Origin: Candidatus Latescibacterota bacterium
GTDB taxonomy: Bacteria > Latescibacterota > UBA2968
Reading direction: 5' to 3'
NCBI GenBank assembly: GCA_965208125.1
Contig: OZ242320.1
Location: forward strand, 256,001-320,000
DNA length: 64,000 bases
The translations under genes and the position numbers were made by a program. Within the stretch, counting starts at the first letter, position 1; each line of letters starts with the position of its first letter. Shown here piece after piece: positions 49,488-58,272 of this stretch. The notes under the pieces were generated by a model. That model did not search any database and was not told where the DNA came from. It worked only from the letters and a program-made list of their open reading frames with translations.

Positions 49488-49838
49488 ATGTCAAAAATCA
49501 CCATCTATCACAACCCCAACTGAAGCAAATCCAATGGCGCAATGGATATATTGCGCGCTGGCAACGTCGAGTTCGACGTCATTGAATACTTAAAAACACC
49601 ACTGAGCGAACAGGACTTGAGAAAATTTTTCGCACTCCTGCCTGGTGAACCCAAAGACATGATTCACCCCAGTTCCTTTGAAAAACTGGGACGCGACATA
49701 GATGACTACAATACCCCCGATGCACTCGTCGGCTTACTTTTGGAACATCCCGAAGTCATGAATCGCCCCGTGTGCATTCGCGGAGACCGTGCAGTCATTG
49801 CCCGTCCCTCAGAAGCCGTACATGAACTTATAGATTAA
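49488..49838 (+). CDS. arsC: ArsC/Spx-family reductase, probable selenoprotein (in-frame TGA at the catalytic Cys)
   Basis: SD AAGGAG and ATG 49488 give MSKITIYHNPN-U(TGA 49521)-SKS, in frame with the track ORF at 49542 (IEYLKTP, MNRPV, IARP). Confidence 0.85.
49537..49556 (+). promoter_or_regulatory. Bacterial SECIS-like hairpin
   Basis: GCGCAATG-GATA-TATTGCGC; the apical loop starts with G, 21 nt after the UGA. Confidence 0.65.
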
Positions 49839-49882
49839 AGAAACAGCCGCCGAGACCTCAACCTCGGCGGCTATTTCTTTTT
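49837..49882. terminator. Bidirectional terminator
   Basis: AAAGAAACAGCCGCCGAG..CTCGGCGGCTATTTCTTTT between convergent genes. Confidence 0.85.
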
Positions 49883-49895
49883 CGATTTAATTAAC

Positions 49896-50684
49896 TCACG
49901 CACCCTCCACCGCTTTTCTAAGCTCATCGCCATTGCTTCGCCACCACGAATGCAGAACTGAGATATCCACCCCGATATTAAAATGTCGCACACCCATATC
50001 GAGATATTCCTTTGCCTCATCGGGCGACATAATCTCTGCGCGGGGGTGAACACCCATACTCAGCGCAGTCTTAAACACCTCATTCCTCGCATCTGCCACT
50101 GCGGGATCACCGCGCTGCCCCGCCTTGCCGACACTCATCGAATAATCTGAAGGTCCCCATTGCACCATATCCACGCCTGGAACCGAAAGAATTGCCTCCA
50201 GATTCTCCACCGCCTCCTTCTTTTCGATCATCAAAACCACAACCGTCTCTCGCATCGCCTTCACATACTCCGGTCCACCGCCATATCCCATATACGTATT
50301 GCGCCGCGTGTACACACTGTACAGACCACCATCTTCCGGCGTATCTGGAAGCGTAACGCGCACACATTCTTTCGCATCTTCTTCTGTGCGACAATCCGTA
50401 AACAAAATACTCCCAAAACCAGACCCGATCGCCCGCTGCGACAAATAGTACTGATGGCTACGATCAATTTTGAACATCATACCCATATTGTACAACTCGG
50501 CTGCGCGGCACAAATTGTCGAGGTCGTAGAGATCAAACGTACCGTATTCGCCAACGTATTCGACATAGTCGTAAAGCCCTGTATGTCCAATCGCCTCAAC
50601 AATCGCCGGCCAACTCGAATGAATGCGCGTACCAATAGTGGGTTCGCCCGCATCCAATTTTTCTCTAATTCTGTTGGGTTTCAA
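49896..50684 (-). CDS. HpcH/HpaI aldolase family protein
   Basis: EKLDAGEPTIG, VLMIEKKEAVENLEAIL, GPSDYSMS. Confidence 0.88.
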   Translation of the reverse strand: MKPNRIREKLDAGEPTIGTRIHSSWPAIVEAIGHTGLYDYVEYVGEYGTFDLYDLDNLCRAAELYNMGMMFKIDRSHQYYLSQRAIGSGFGSILFTDCRTEEDAKECVRVTLPDTPEDGGLYSVYTRRNTYMGYGGGPEYVKAMRETVVVLMIEKKEAVENLEAILSVPGVDMVQWGPSDYSMSVGKAGQRGDPAVADARNEVFKTALSMGVHPRAEIMSPDEAKEYLDMGVRHFNIGVDISVLHSWWRSNGDELRKAVEGA

Positions 50685-50709
50685 AATAAACTCCTTTGTG
50701 AGTGGTTAA

Positions 50710-51600
50710 TCACCCAAACAACGACTTAAAAACTCGCTTTGTCTTCTCCAGCACATCTTCGGGTAATACTTCTCCATCTGAAATTTTCACATTATCAGCG
50801 AGATGCTCCACATTCGTCGATCCTACAATAGCAGTACACACATCTTCGTGAGAAAGCGTAAACCTCAACGCAAATTCAATCAGCGGCATATCGCCCGCCA
50901 ATTCCCGCAACGGCATCTGCTGTGCCCGATCCCATGGATCGCCCATATACGAACCGTCTGGCCGCTCGGATTTGAGATACACCCCATTGGCAATCGGACG
51001 CTTGATAATCGTCCCCATATCCCGGTCGCGCAAAGTCGGCATCAAATTTTCAGCAGACTCCTGGAACAACACATTGTACGTAAACTCCTGCGTATCTAAC
51101 GCCCACTTCTGCGCTGCCTCAGCCGCTGCCGATCCATCAGCCGATACACCGACAAACTTCGTCCATCCCCTATCCTTAGCCTCCAACAGCGCGTCAAACG
51201 CCGCATCCCAATCGTCTGATTCTCCCGGCAGCCCGTGAAATTGCACAATATCGATCACATCCATCTTCAGCCTGGATCGACTCGTATCAATCGTCCTCAA
51301 AATGCCCTCGGGCGAATAATCCTTTACAATCTCGCGCTTGCCGCCATTGATCACCTGATAATCGCCGCACTTTGTCGCCAAAACAAAATCGTCCTGCCGA
51401 TGGGCGATAAACTTCCCGATCCGCTCTTCGCTATCGCCATACATCGCAGCCGTATCGATAAACGCGATACCCAAATCGAGCACCGTGTTCAGCACCGCTT
51501 CGACCTGCGATTCCGGCAGCGATGGATTCCCAATCTGCGCCGCGCCAAAACCGATCTCCGAAACTTGCAAACCCGTCTTTCCCAGCATCCGAAATTTCAT
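50710..51600 (-). CDS. Aldo/keto reductase
   Basis: LGKTGLQVSEIGFG, IDTAAMYG, LATK, IDIVQFH. Confidence 0.92.
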   Translation of the reverse strand: MKFRMLGKTGLQVSEIGFGAAQIGNPSLPESQVEAVLNTVLDLGIAFIDTAAMYGDSEERIGKFIAHRQDDFVLATKCGDYQVINGGKREIVKDYSPEGILRTIDTSRSRLKMDVIDIVQFHGLPGESDDWDAAFDALLEAKDRGWTKFVGVSADGSAAAEAAQKWALDTQEFTYNVLFQESAENLMPTLRDRDMGTIIKRPIANGVYLKSERPDGSYMGDPWDRAQQMPLRELAGDMPLIEFALRFTLSHEDVCTAIVGSTNVEHLADNVKISDGEVLPEDVLEKTKRVFKSLFG

Positions 51601-51735
51601 CTCAATACTCTCACTTTACCTTCACGCATTCCGATATTTGCACAAGTCACCCAAATGTCGTATATAATACAACCAAAATCCACCAAAACCACCAAAAAAT
51701 CTCAACGGATATAGACTCGCTTGAGGAGAATTGAT

Positions 51736-52518
51736 ATGGACCTTGGATTGGAAGGAAAAGTTGCGGTTATTACAGGCGGCAGCGAGGGAATCGGCAGGGG
51801 AATCGCATTGCGGTTCCTGGAAGAGGGAGCGAAGGTCGCGATTTGTGCGCGACGCGATGATGTCTTGCAGCAGGCAGCGGAGGAACTCCGTGCATTGACC
51901 GATGGTGATGTCCTTGCTGTCCCTGCTGACGTGACCAAACCGGAAACACTAACGAGCTTCATCAACAGAACGGTCCAGCATTTCGGACGGATTGACATCC
52001 TGGTCAACAACGCGGGCCGGTCTGCCGCGAGCGCCTTCGATGATCTGGACGACGATGATTGGCATGCCGATTTAGATCTGAAACTGATGGGAGCTGTGCG
52101 TTGTGTGCGTCTGGTCATTCCTCAGATGAAACTCGTCGGAGGAGGACGGATTATCAACGTCACGCATCCGGGGGGCAAACAGCCTGGCGCAGCTTCTTAT
52201 CCAACCTCCGTGAGCCGCGCAGCGGGAATAGCGATGACCAAAGCGCTATCCAAGGAACTATTGCCTTACAACATCCTCGTAAACACCGTGTGCTTGACCT
52301 CTATCAAGAGCGCGCAGGGAGAACGCGCCTGGAAAGCGGAAGGTTCCCCCGGCACTTTAGAGGACTATTGGATTGAGCAGGCTGAGGAGCATCCACTGGG
52401 ACGTTTAGGTGAACCCTCTGATGCTGGCGCGCTCGTCGCCTTCCTCGCTTCGGAATGCGCTTCTTTCATCACCGGCACGGCGATTAACCTCGATGGCGGA
52501 TTGTCCAACGTCGTATAG
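51736..52518 (+). CDS. SDR-family oxidoreductase
   Basis: TGGSEGIG, LVNNAG, FITGTAINLDGG; lacks a canonical YxxxK. Confidence 0.9.
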   Translation: MDLGLEGKVAVITGGSEGIGRGIALRFLEEGAKVAICARRDDVLQQAAEELRALTDGDVLAVPADVTKPETLTSFINRTVQHFGRIDILVNNAGRSAASAFDDLDDDDWHADLDLKLMGAVRCVRLVIPQMKLVGGGRIINVTHPGGKQPGAASYPTSVSRAAGIAMTKALSKELLPYNILVNTVCLTSIKSAQGERAWKAEGSPGTLEDYWIEQAEEHPLGRLGEPSDAGALVAFLASECASFITGTAINLDGGLSNVV

Positions 52519-52537
52519 CAATAGTGAGGGAAGATAA

Positions 52538-54007
52538 ATGACACAACGCCCAAACATCCTCTTCTGCATTGCCGACGATCAATCCTGGCCCCACGCCAGT
52601 GCTTATGGCTGTCCCTGGGTCAACACCCCGGCATTTGACCGCATCGCACGCGAAGGCATCCTCTTCAACAACGCCTTCACACCCAATGCCAAATGCGCCC
52701 CATCCAGAGCCGCCATCCTCACTGGTCGCTATTCCTGGCAACTTCAAGAAGCCTGCAACCACCTCTGCTTTTTCCCATCGGACTACGTCACCTATCCCGA
52801 ACTTTTCAAAGACGCCGGATACGCCACGGGATTCACCGGCAAAGGCTGGGGACCGGGCGAACCGGGCACATATCCAGATGGCTCACCACGCAAACTCGTC
52901 GGTCCCGAACACAACGACCTCAAACTCAATCCCCCCACAAAAAGCATTGCCAATATAGACTACGCCGCCAATTTCGCTGCTTTTCTCAATGCCAAACCCG
53001 ACGACCAGCCCTTCTGCTTCTGGTATGGCGGCAAAGAACCCCACCGCGGCTACGAATACGGCTCTGGCGTGCGCCTCGGGGGAAAATCCCTCTCTGACAT
53101 CGACGAAGTACCCTCCTGCTGGCCGGCAACCGAAGACGTCAAAAACGACATGCTCGACTACGCCTTTGAAATCGAATGGTTCGACAAACACCTGGGCCAA
53201 ATCCTCGACATCCTCGAAGAACGCGGCGAACTCGACAACACCCTCATCATGGTCACCTCAGACAATGGCATGCCCTTTCCGCGCATGAAAGGCCAACTCT
53301 ACGAAATAGCGTACCACATGCCACTGGCCGCCATGTGGAAAAACGCGATCGAACCGGGCCGAATAGTTGACGACCTCGTCAATTTCGTTGACTTTGCCCC
53401 CACCTTCCTCGAAGCCGCGGGCATTGACATCCATTCCCAAATCACCGGCAAAAGCCTCATGCCCATCTTCAAATCCAGCAAATCGGGCATCATCGACCCG
53501 GAGCGCACCGTCCTCATCTCGGGCAAAGAACGCCACGACATCTGCCGTCCCGGCACCGTGGGCTATCCCATCCGCGGCATCCGCGACCACCGCCACCTCT
53601 ACCTGCGAAATTTTGAACCCGACCGCTGGCCGGCTGGCAACCCCGAAGTCTATTACCGCAACATCGATGACTCACCCACCAAAACGCGCGTCGTCGAAGA
53701 AAAAGAACAGGGCAATGAGACCTACTGGCAACTCTGCATGGGCAAACGCCCCAAAGAAGAACTCTACGATATCCAGGCCGATCCCCACTGCATCACCAAC
53801 CTCGCCGAAAGCACCGACCACCAGACCATCAAAAACGCACTCTGGCAAAAACTTCGCAAAACCCTCAAACAACACGGCGACCCCCGCATGGAAGGTCGCG
53901 GCCACATCTTTGACGAATACCCCGTCACCAACCCAGAACAAGAGCAAAGAGTCAAAGAACGGTTCCGCATCGCCAGAGAAACGGGTACTTTCTTTAAAAG
54001 CAATTAA
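52538..54007 (+). CDS. Sulfatase (heparan-N-sulfatase-like, Cys-type)
   Basis: PNILFCIADD, CAPSRAAILTG, EPHR, SDNGMPFPRMK, KERHD. Confidence 0.92.
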   Translation: MTQRPNILFCIADDQSWPHASAYGCPWVNTPAFDRIAREGILFNNAFTPNAKCAPSRAAILTGRYSWQLQEACNHLCFFPSDYVTYPELFKDAGYATGFTGKGWGPGEPGTYPDGSPRKLVGPEHNDLKLNPPTKSIANIDYAANFAAFLNAKPDDQPFCFWYGGKEPHRGYEYGSGVRLGGKSLSDIDEVPSCWPATEDVKNDMLDYAFEIEWFDKHLGQILDILEERGELDNTLIMVTSDNGMPFPRMKGQLYEIAYHMPLAAMWKNAIEPGRIVDDLVNFVDFAPTFLEAAGIDIHSQITGKSLMPIFKSSKSGIIDPERTVLISGKERHDICRPGTVGYPIRGIRDHRHLYLRNFEPDRWPAGNPEVYYRNIDDSPTKTRVVEEKEQGNETYWQLCMGKRPKEELYDIQADPHCITNLAESTDHQTIKNALWQKLRKTLKQHGDPRMEGRGHIFDEYPVTNPEQEQRVKERFRIARETGTFFKSN

Positions 54008-54008
54008 C

Positions 54009-54306
54009 GTAACCGCATATCCTACAACGGCTGCCCCTGAAAACAGTCTCCCTACAAATCACATATCGCAAGGGCAAACCATTTGCTGCCTATATTTCTC
54101 TCTCTCATTGGTGTGGACAGAAAAGTGTACGCACCGAAGCGGTAACAGAAGACCTGCTCATAGACTATGCTCAAGACGGTACACCGCTTGGAATTGAGAT
54201 CGTCTCACCCGAAATCGTGAGTATAGATTAGATACAGAGCGTCTTTGATCGTCTGGGACTTGGCAGACCGGATCCCGTAGAGTTGGAGCCGCTCAATGCA
54301 GCGTAA
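54009..54306 (+). pseudogene. DUF2283-like antitoxin pseudogene, preceded by a VTAYP relic resembling a DUF4258-type toxin C-terminus
   Basis: Frame 54037-54306 reads (L)KTVSLQITYRKGKPFAAYI..LLIDYAQDGTPLGIEI..D*IQSVFDRLG..PLNAA*; start is CTG, internal TAG at 54229. Confidence 0.75.
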
Positions 54307-54415
54307 CTGTGCCTGCGGACACATTAATCCAAACGTTTGAATATGCCTTCTTAAAATTTTTCTCGGAGCTACGATGACTTTTTTCTTTTTACAGAAACTT
54401 ATGGACTCTATCGCA

Positions 54416-56035
54416 ATGCGCCTGCTGAAAGTATTGATAAGTATTCTCATGGCCATGATGATGCAGTCCTGCAAAATAGAAATGCCGTCGCTGGTGGAGA
54501 TAATCGCATCATACAAAGTAGGTCTTGATATATACGACAACTTTAAATCCACGGAAAGTGCGTACAGCTTCAGAAACAGTGAGGCACTTAAAGCAAAAAC
54601 AGGATTCAAAGATACCCTGATTATCGGTGATAATCAAGACAATGTGCATGGAATGTCCATGGAAGCCATTATGAAAAGCGCAGACATCCCTGAAAAAAAC
54701 ATGGTGTTTTTCAAAGAGTTTGGCAAAACCCGACCCAGTAGCAGTAATCTAGGATTAGCAATGCTCACTTCAGATGAATGGACGGCGTTACGAAGAAAAA
54801 CAAAAGTAGTGCACGTACCTTACACGCTGCCGCTCTATGCGAATAATGATGCGTCAAAAATAGCGGCAAACGAAATGCTATTCATTGTAGCAGCGGGCAA
54901 TTGGCTAGGTGACCTTGATATATATAACATTAACCATGTGATATGGCACAGCGATGATCCCGGACTAGATCGTCTGTACAAAAGAAACTATAGAAACATT
55001 TTGAATGTATACAGCACCGGCAAAGCCATAGCGGCAACAAGCGCGCTAGTGACAGAAACAGGGAAGATAGAACCGCGCAGAGGAGTGGTGCGGTGCGGGG
55101 ATATCAAAGAGGCGTGTTTTGTCACGCTGCCGGGGCAAACCACATCAAGTGCCTCAGCGCGTCTCGCAGCAATGTCTTTCTACCTCTCACAATTTTGGGA
55201 AACACCGGAAGAAGTGGTGGAGGTATTGAAAGAATGCGCGATTGATATAGGGGAACCCGGAGTTGACAGAATGTACGGGAATGGAGCAGTCAATTTGTTG
55301 TGCCCCAGAGTCTTGAAAAAAGAAATTGAAGTGGTTTCAGAATATCTGGGAGACACAGGAAAGAGAGGAGAAAGAGCAGAGGGAGGAGAAATTGAAGGAA
55401 GGTGGAAAGCGAACAATACAATGCTGCAAGTCCGTATACCTCCTGCGCTCAAAAAAACGCTGCAGGCGAAGTGCTCAGGAAAAACAACGGGCACAATAAA
55501 ATTTAAAGAAGGAAACGTTACGGCGAACTTTACGACAGAAGCAGTCGTGCGCGTTGTGTTTTTGGTGACAGAGCCAATAGAGGCAAAAGCTAAAGACACG
55601 GTGCGGACCGAAGGAACAGCTGCGGCAGTGAGTAATGTTCTCAGCATACAGTCTGAAACGGAATCACTGCGCTACACCTACACCGCAACAGAGGATTCCC
55701 TGCATCTGGTTAAGTCATTAACGTTAAACGAAGTTCTGGCGCTGTTGCCGAATCCTTTGGGGAGCATGGTGGATATGGCATCACCTGATTTCTTTAAAGA
55801 TGATCCCATACAGATACGAATGAGTTTTGCGAAAGAAAAACCGATTCTTCTCGGTGACTTCAATGAAGACGGAACGGTTGATGCCGCTGATTTTCTGTTG
55901 TTTGTGGAAGCGTTCGGATCCTCTCGAGGAGACATACATTTTGAAGAACGCATGGATATTGTTCCAGACGGAATAATTAACATCGCGGACCTTCTGCTCT
56001 TTTTTGAAAACTTCGGAAAAACAAGTGATTCGTAA
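54416..56035 (+). CDS. Divergent S8 subtilase-like lipoprotein with C-terminal dockerin-like domain (paralogue 1)
   Basis: QSC lipobox-like signal; IIGD, VHG, VAAGN, TTSSASA, DIGEPGVD..YGNG; GDFNEDGTVDAADF..PDGIINIAD tail. Confidence 0.75.
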   Translation: MRLLKVLISILMAMMMQSCKIEMPSLVEIIASYKVGLDIYDNFKSTESAYSFRNSEALKAKTGFKDTLIIGDNQDNVHGMSMEAIMKSADIPEKNMVFFKEFGKTRPSSSNLGLAMLTSDEWTALRRKTKVVHVPYTLPLYANNDASKIAANEMLFIVAAGNWLGDLDIYNINHVIWHSDDPGLDRLYKRNYRNILNVYSTGKAIAATSALVTETGKIEPRRGVVRCGDIKEACFVTLPGQTTSSASARLAAMSFYLSQFWETPEEVVEVLKECAIDIGEPGVDRMYGNGAVNLLCPRVLKKEIEVVSEYLGDTGKRGERAEGGEIEGRWKANNTMLQVRIPPALKKTLQAKCSGKTTGTIKFKEGNVTANFTTEAVVRVVFLVTEPIEAKAKDTVRTEGTAAAVSNVLSIQSETESLRYTYTATEDSLHLVKSLTLNEVLALLPNPLGSMVDMASPDFFKDDPIQIRMSFAKEKPILLGDFNEDGTVDAADFLLFVEAFGSSRGDIHFEERMDIVPDGIINIADLLLFFENFGKTSDS

Positions 56036-56059
56036 AAGTTTTCTTCCTTTCTTTTTTTC

Positions 56060-56089
56060 AAACCCCCGCTCGCTGAGCGGGGGTTTTTC
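56060..56089 (+). terminator. Intrinsic terminator
   Basis: AAACCCCCGCTC-GCT-GAGCGGGGGTTTTT. Confidence 0.85.
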
Positions 56090-56414
56090 TTTGTGTGATA
56101 GGGCACATCGCCAACTTTCAGAGCGGACACAAAGATACATATTTTTCACAATATCCCATCGGTCAGGGATCAAAACGTACACCTTTGTATCCCAACCCGT
56201 TCTTTATCCTGTGTGCGATCCTTAAATTCAAGTGGTGATCAAGCGCACAATACAGCGTATTAAAAGCACAATGAGAGATTTGGCCTGTTGCCAGCACAAT
56301 TTGTGGTTCAATTCGGTGAGGTTGGCTTGATATTTGCTGAGGGTCTAAGCAAAAATAACAGCCACCCATCAGACCCGGGCAACTGAAAAAAATAAAAAAA
56401 TGGAGGTGTACACC

Positions 56415-56843
56415 ATGGCGACCATGGCGACAGAAGTCTATCGGGCATTTCGAAAAGCGGGCGTAAGCGAATATATAGCGACAGCAGCGGCTTCGGTGAT
56501 CCCCTACAAAGGTGATATAGCAGACCTGGTGACAAAGCAAGACTTGTCAGACGTGCAGATTGAGGTCGCGGAACTGCGTGCAGAGTTGAAGCGGGACGCA
56601 GCAAAGTTGCGTGCAGAGGTAAAACAAGACAGGGCAGAGTTGAAGCAAGATATAGCGGAAATAAGTGGTGAAGTGGCGGAACTAAAGGGCAAAGTGGCAA
56701 AGTTGTATGCAGAGATAAAACAAGACAGGGCAGAGTTGAAGTCTGGGTTGAGAGTCTTAAAAGTTGTTTATGCACCTATCCTGATATCCCTTTTGGTAGC
56801 ACTTATCGGAATGGTCGCTAAGTTGGCTCTCTTTGCCAATTGA
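56415..56843 (+). CDS. CCDC90/DUF1640-like coiled-coil protein with C-terminal TM anchor
   Basis: YRAFRKAGV..DLVTKQDL..AELK repeats, hydrophobic C-terminus; 96-bp-period internal repeat (56601/56697); SD GGAGG. Confidence 0.75.
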   Translation: MATMATEVYRAFRKAGVSEYIATAAASVIPYKGDIADLVTKQDLSDVQIEVAELRAELKRDAAKLRAEVKQDRAELKQDIAEISGEVAELKGKVAKLYAEIKQDRAELKSGLRVLKVVYAPILISLLVALIGMVAKLALFAN

Positions 56844-56881
56844 AGTTCAACATCAAGGTGGATAACAAGAAAGGAGATTAT

Positions 56882-58012
56882 ATGTCATTGAAATGCAAAA
56901 TAGGTATTCTTTTTTTGGCCTGCCACTTCTCTATCCTGGCCTGCAATGGTACACCTACATCACCTCCTGATAGTGATTCCGAAGTGGTTCTGACCAGCCT
57001 GTATTGGGAAATCGCTGGCGGTATCACCGAAGGTGCCAAGCTCAGGATTAAAGTGGGTCAGCAGGCGAAAATGGTGGCTGTATTCAATGCCCGTCCATCA
57101 GGATCGTTTATATTTAACGTTTACGAGACAGATCGGTTAGGTAATCAACTTGTAACAGACACCACAGTTCCTCGTCATTCAAGTCTTTCAGAGATCGTAT
57201 CGGCATCTAATACCAACGTTGAACAAGACAGAGATAGATATAAACTATCGGTATCGTGGACAGCAGTCTTTCAGGTTGGACGAGAGACCCGCACGCCTGA
57301 TTTGGCAGAATATTATTTTATCGTTGAGCAAGATGGACAGGTACTTGGGAACATGTTAGAGAATGCCAATAAACTTACTGAGAATAAGTTGGCTCCTTTG
57401 CTTGAGGTAGAATCTTCGACGACAGTTATCAGGCGTAGCGACAAAAAAGACTGCATCGTAGAAGTGTTGTTCAACCTAAACTCGGGTTTAGCTGATATGC
57501 GGACTCGTCATGACTATAATGATTATGGGAATTGCCCTCCTGTGTTCAATTGTGATAAAATGACTGGCACCGAAGGCTATCGAGGTGGTCATGCAGGATG
57601 GGATGTTAGAACATTTTACGAGCAAGATAAAAAATTGAGAAACGCAACATTTTATTCTTTAACTGCCGGGATCGTTGTGAATGTAAGTGATTTGAACACC
57701 ATCGCTATTTATGATTCTGATAATGACAAAACAACAGTGTATCTTCATGCTTCAGAGGTAGATCGAAGTATTAAAATAAAAGCAAATTCCACGCCGCAAG
57801 GCTTTGTTCATACAGGTGATCTTTTGGGAAAACAAGGAGAAAAAGGCTTTGCTACGGCTCCCCATGTACATATCGAAGTCAGAGAGGGAATGACAAGGTT
57901 GGGATCGCTTGGTGCTGGTGCCACCGATAGTGCTACGACAGCGCACGCAAGCATAGATCCGATTGATTATCTCTATAAAGTAGTGCAGGTAGCGAAAGGC
58001 GGTGAGAGGTGA
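56882..58012 (+). CDS. M23-family peptidase lipoprotein
   Basis: Lipobox ILAC; GHAGWD (HxxxD), YLH, PHVHIE (HxH), IDPIDY. Confidence 0.82.
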   Translation: MSLKCKIGILFLACHFSILACNGTPTSPPDSDSEVVLTSLYWEIAGGITEGAKLRIKVGQQAKMVAVFNARPSGSFIFNVYETDRLGNQLVTDTTVPRHSSLSEIVSASNTNVEQDRDRYKLSVSWTAVFQVGRETRTPDLAEYYFIVEQDGQVLGNMLENANKLTENKLAPLLEVESSTTVIRRSDKKDCIVEVLFNLNSGLADMRTRHDYNDYGNCPPVFNCDKMTGTEGYRGGHAGWDVRTFYEQDKKLRNATFYSLTAGIVVNVSDLNTIAIYDSDNDKTTVYLHASEVDRSIKIKANSTPQGFVHTGDLLGKQGEKGFATAPHVHIEVREGMTRLGSLGAGATDSATTAHASIDPIDYLYKVVQVAKGGER

Positions 58013-58272
58013 GGCGTAAGAAGTGAGTACGCCATCCAACTCACCAGTCCCCAGCCTCCCCCCCCCCATACAGTCCATTGACTTTTTGCTGTGATGGCAT
58101 ATCTTCTTCACAAGAAGCCGCCCCCTCTATCCAGAGAGAAACAAGAGGTCTGTCCTGGCCGAAACACCCGAATCTTAAGCGGCCACAGCCTCGGATAATA
58201 TCTATTAGGACATTGCTTATCTGTGCGAAGACCTACAAGACCTGCGCCTGCTGACAAAATACAGGGGAAACC

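Noticed and set aside
54229-54231. In-frame TAG as pyrrolysine or recoding
   Set aside because: The start codon is also lost and the partner gene is deleted; TAG serves as a normal stop elsewhere in the window, so a pseudogene is simpler.
56090-56400. Possible gene remnant in the spacer after subtilase 1
   Set aside because: No recognisable motif in any frame; cannot be supported without a database search.
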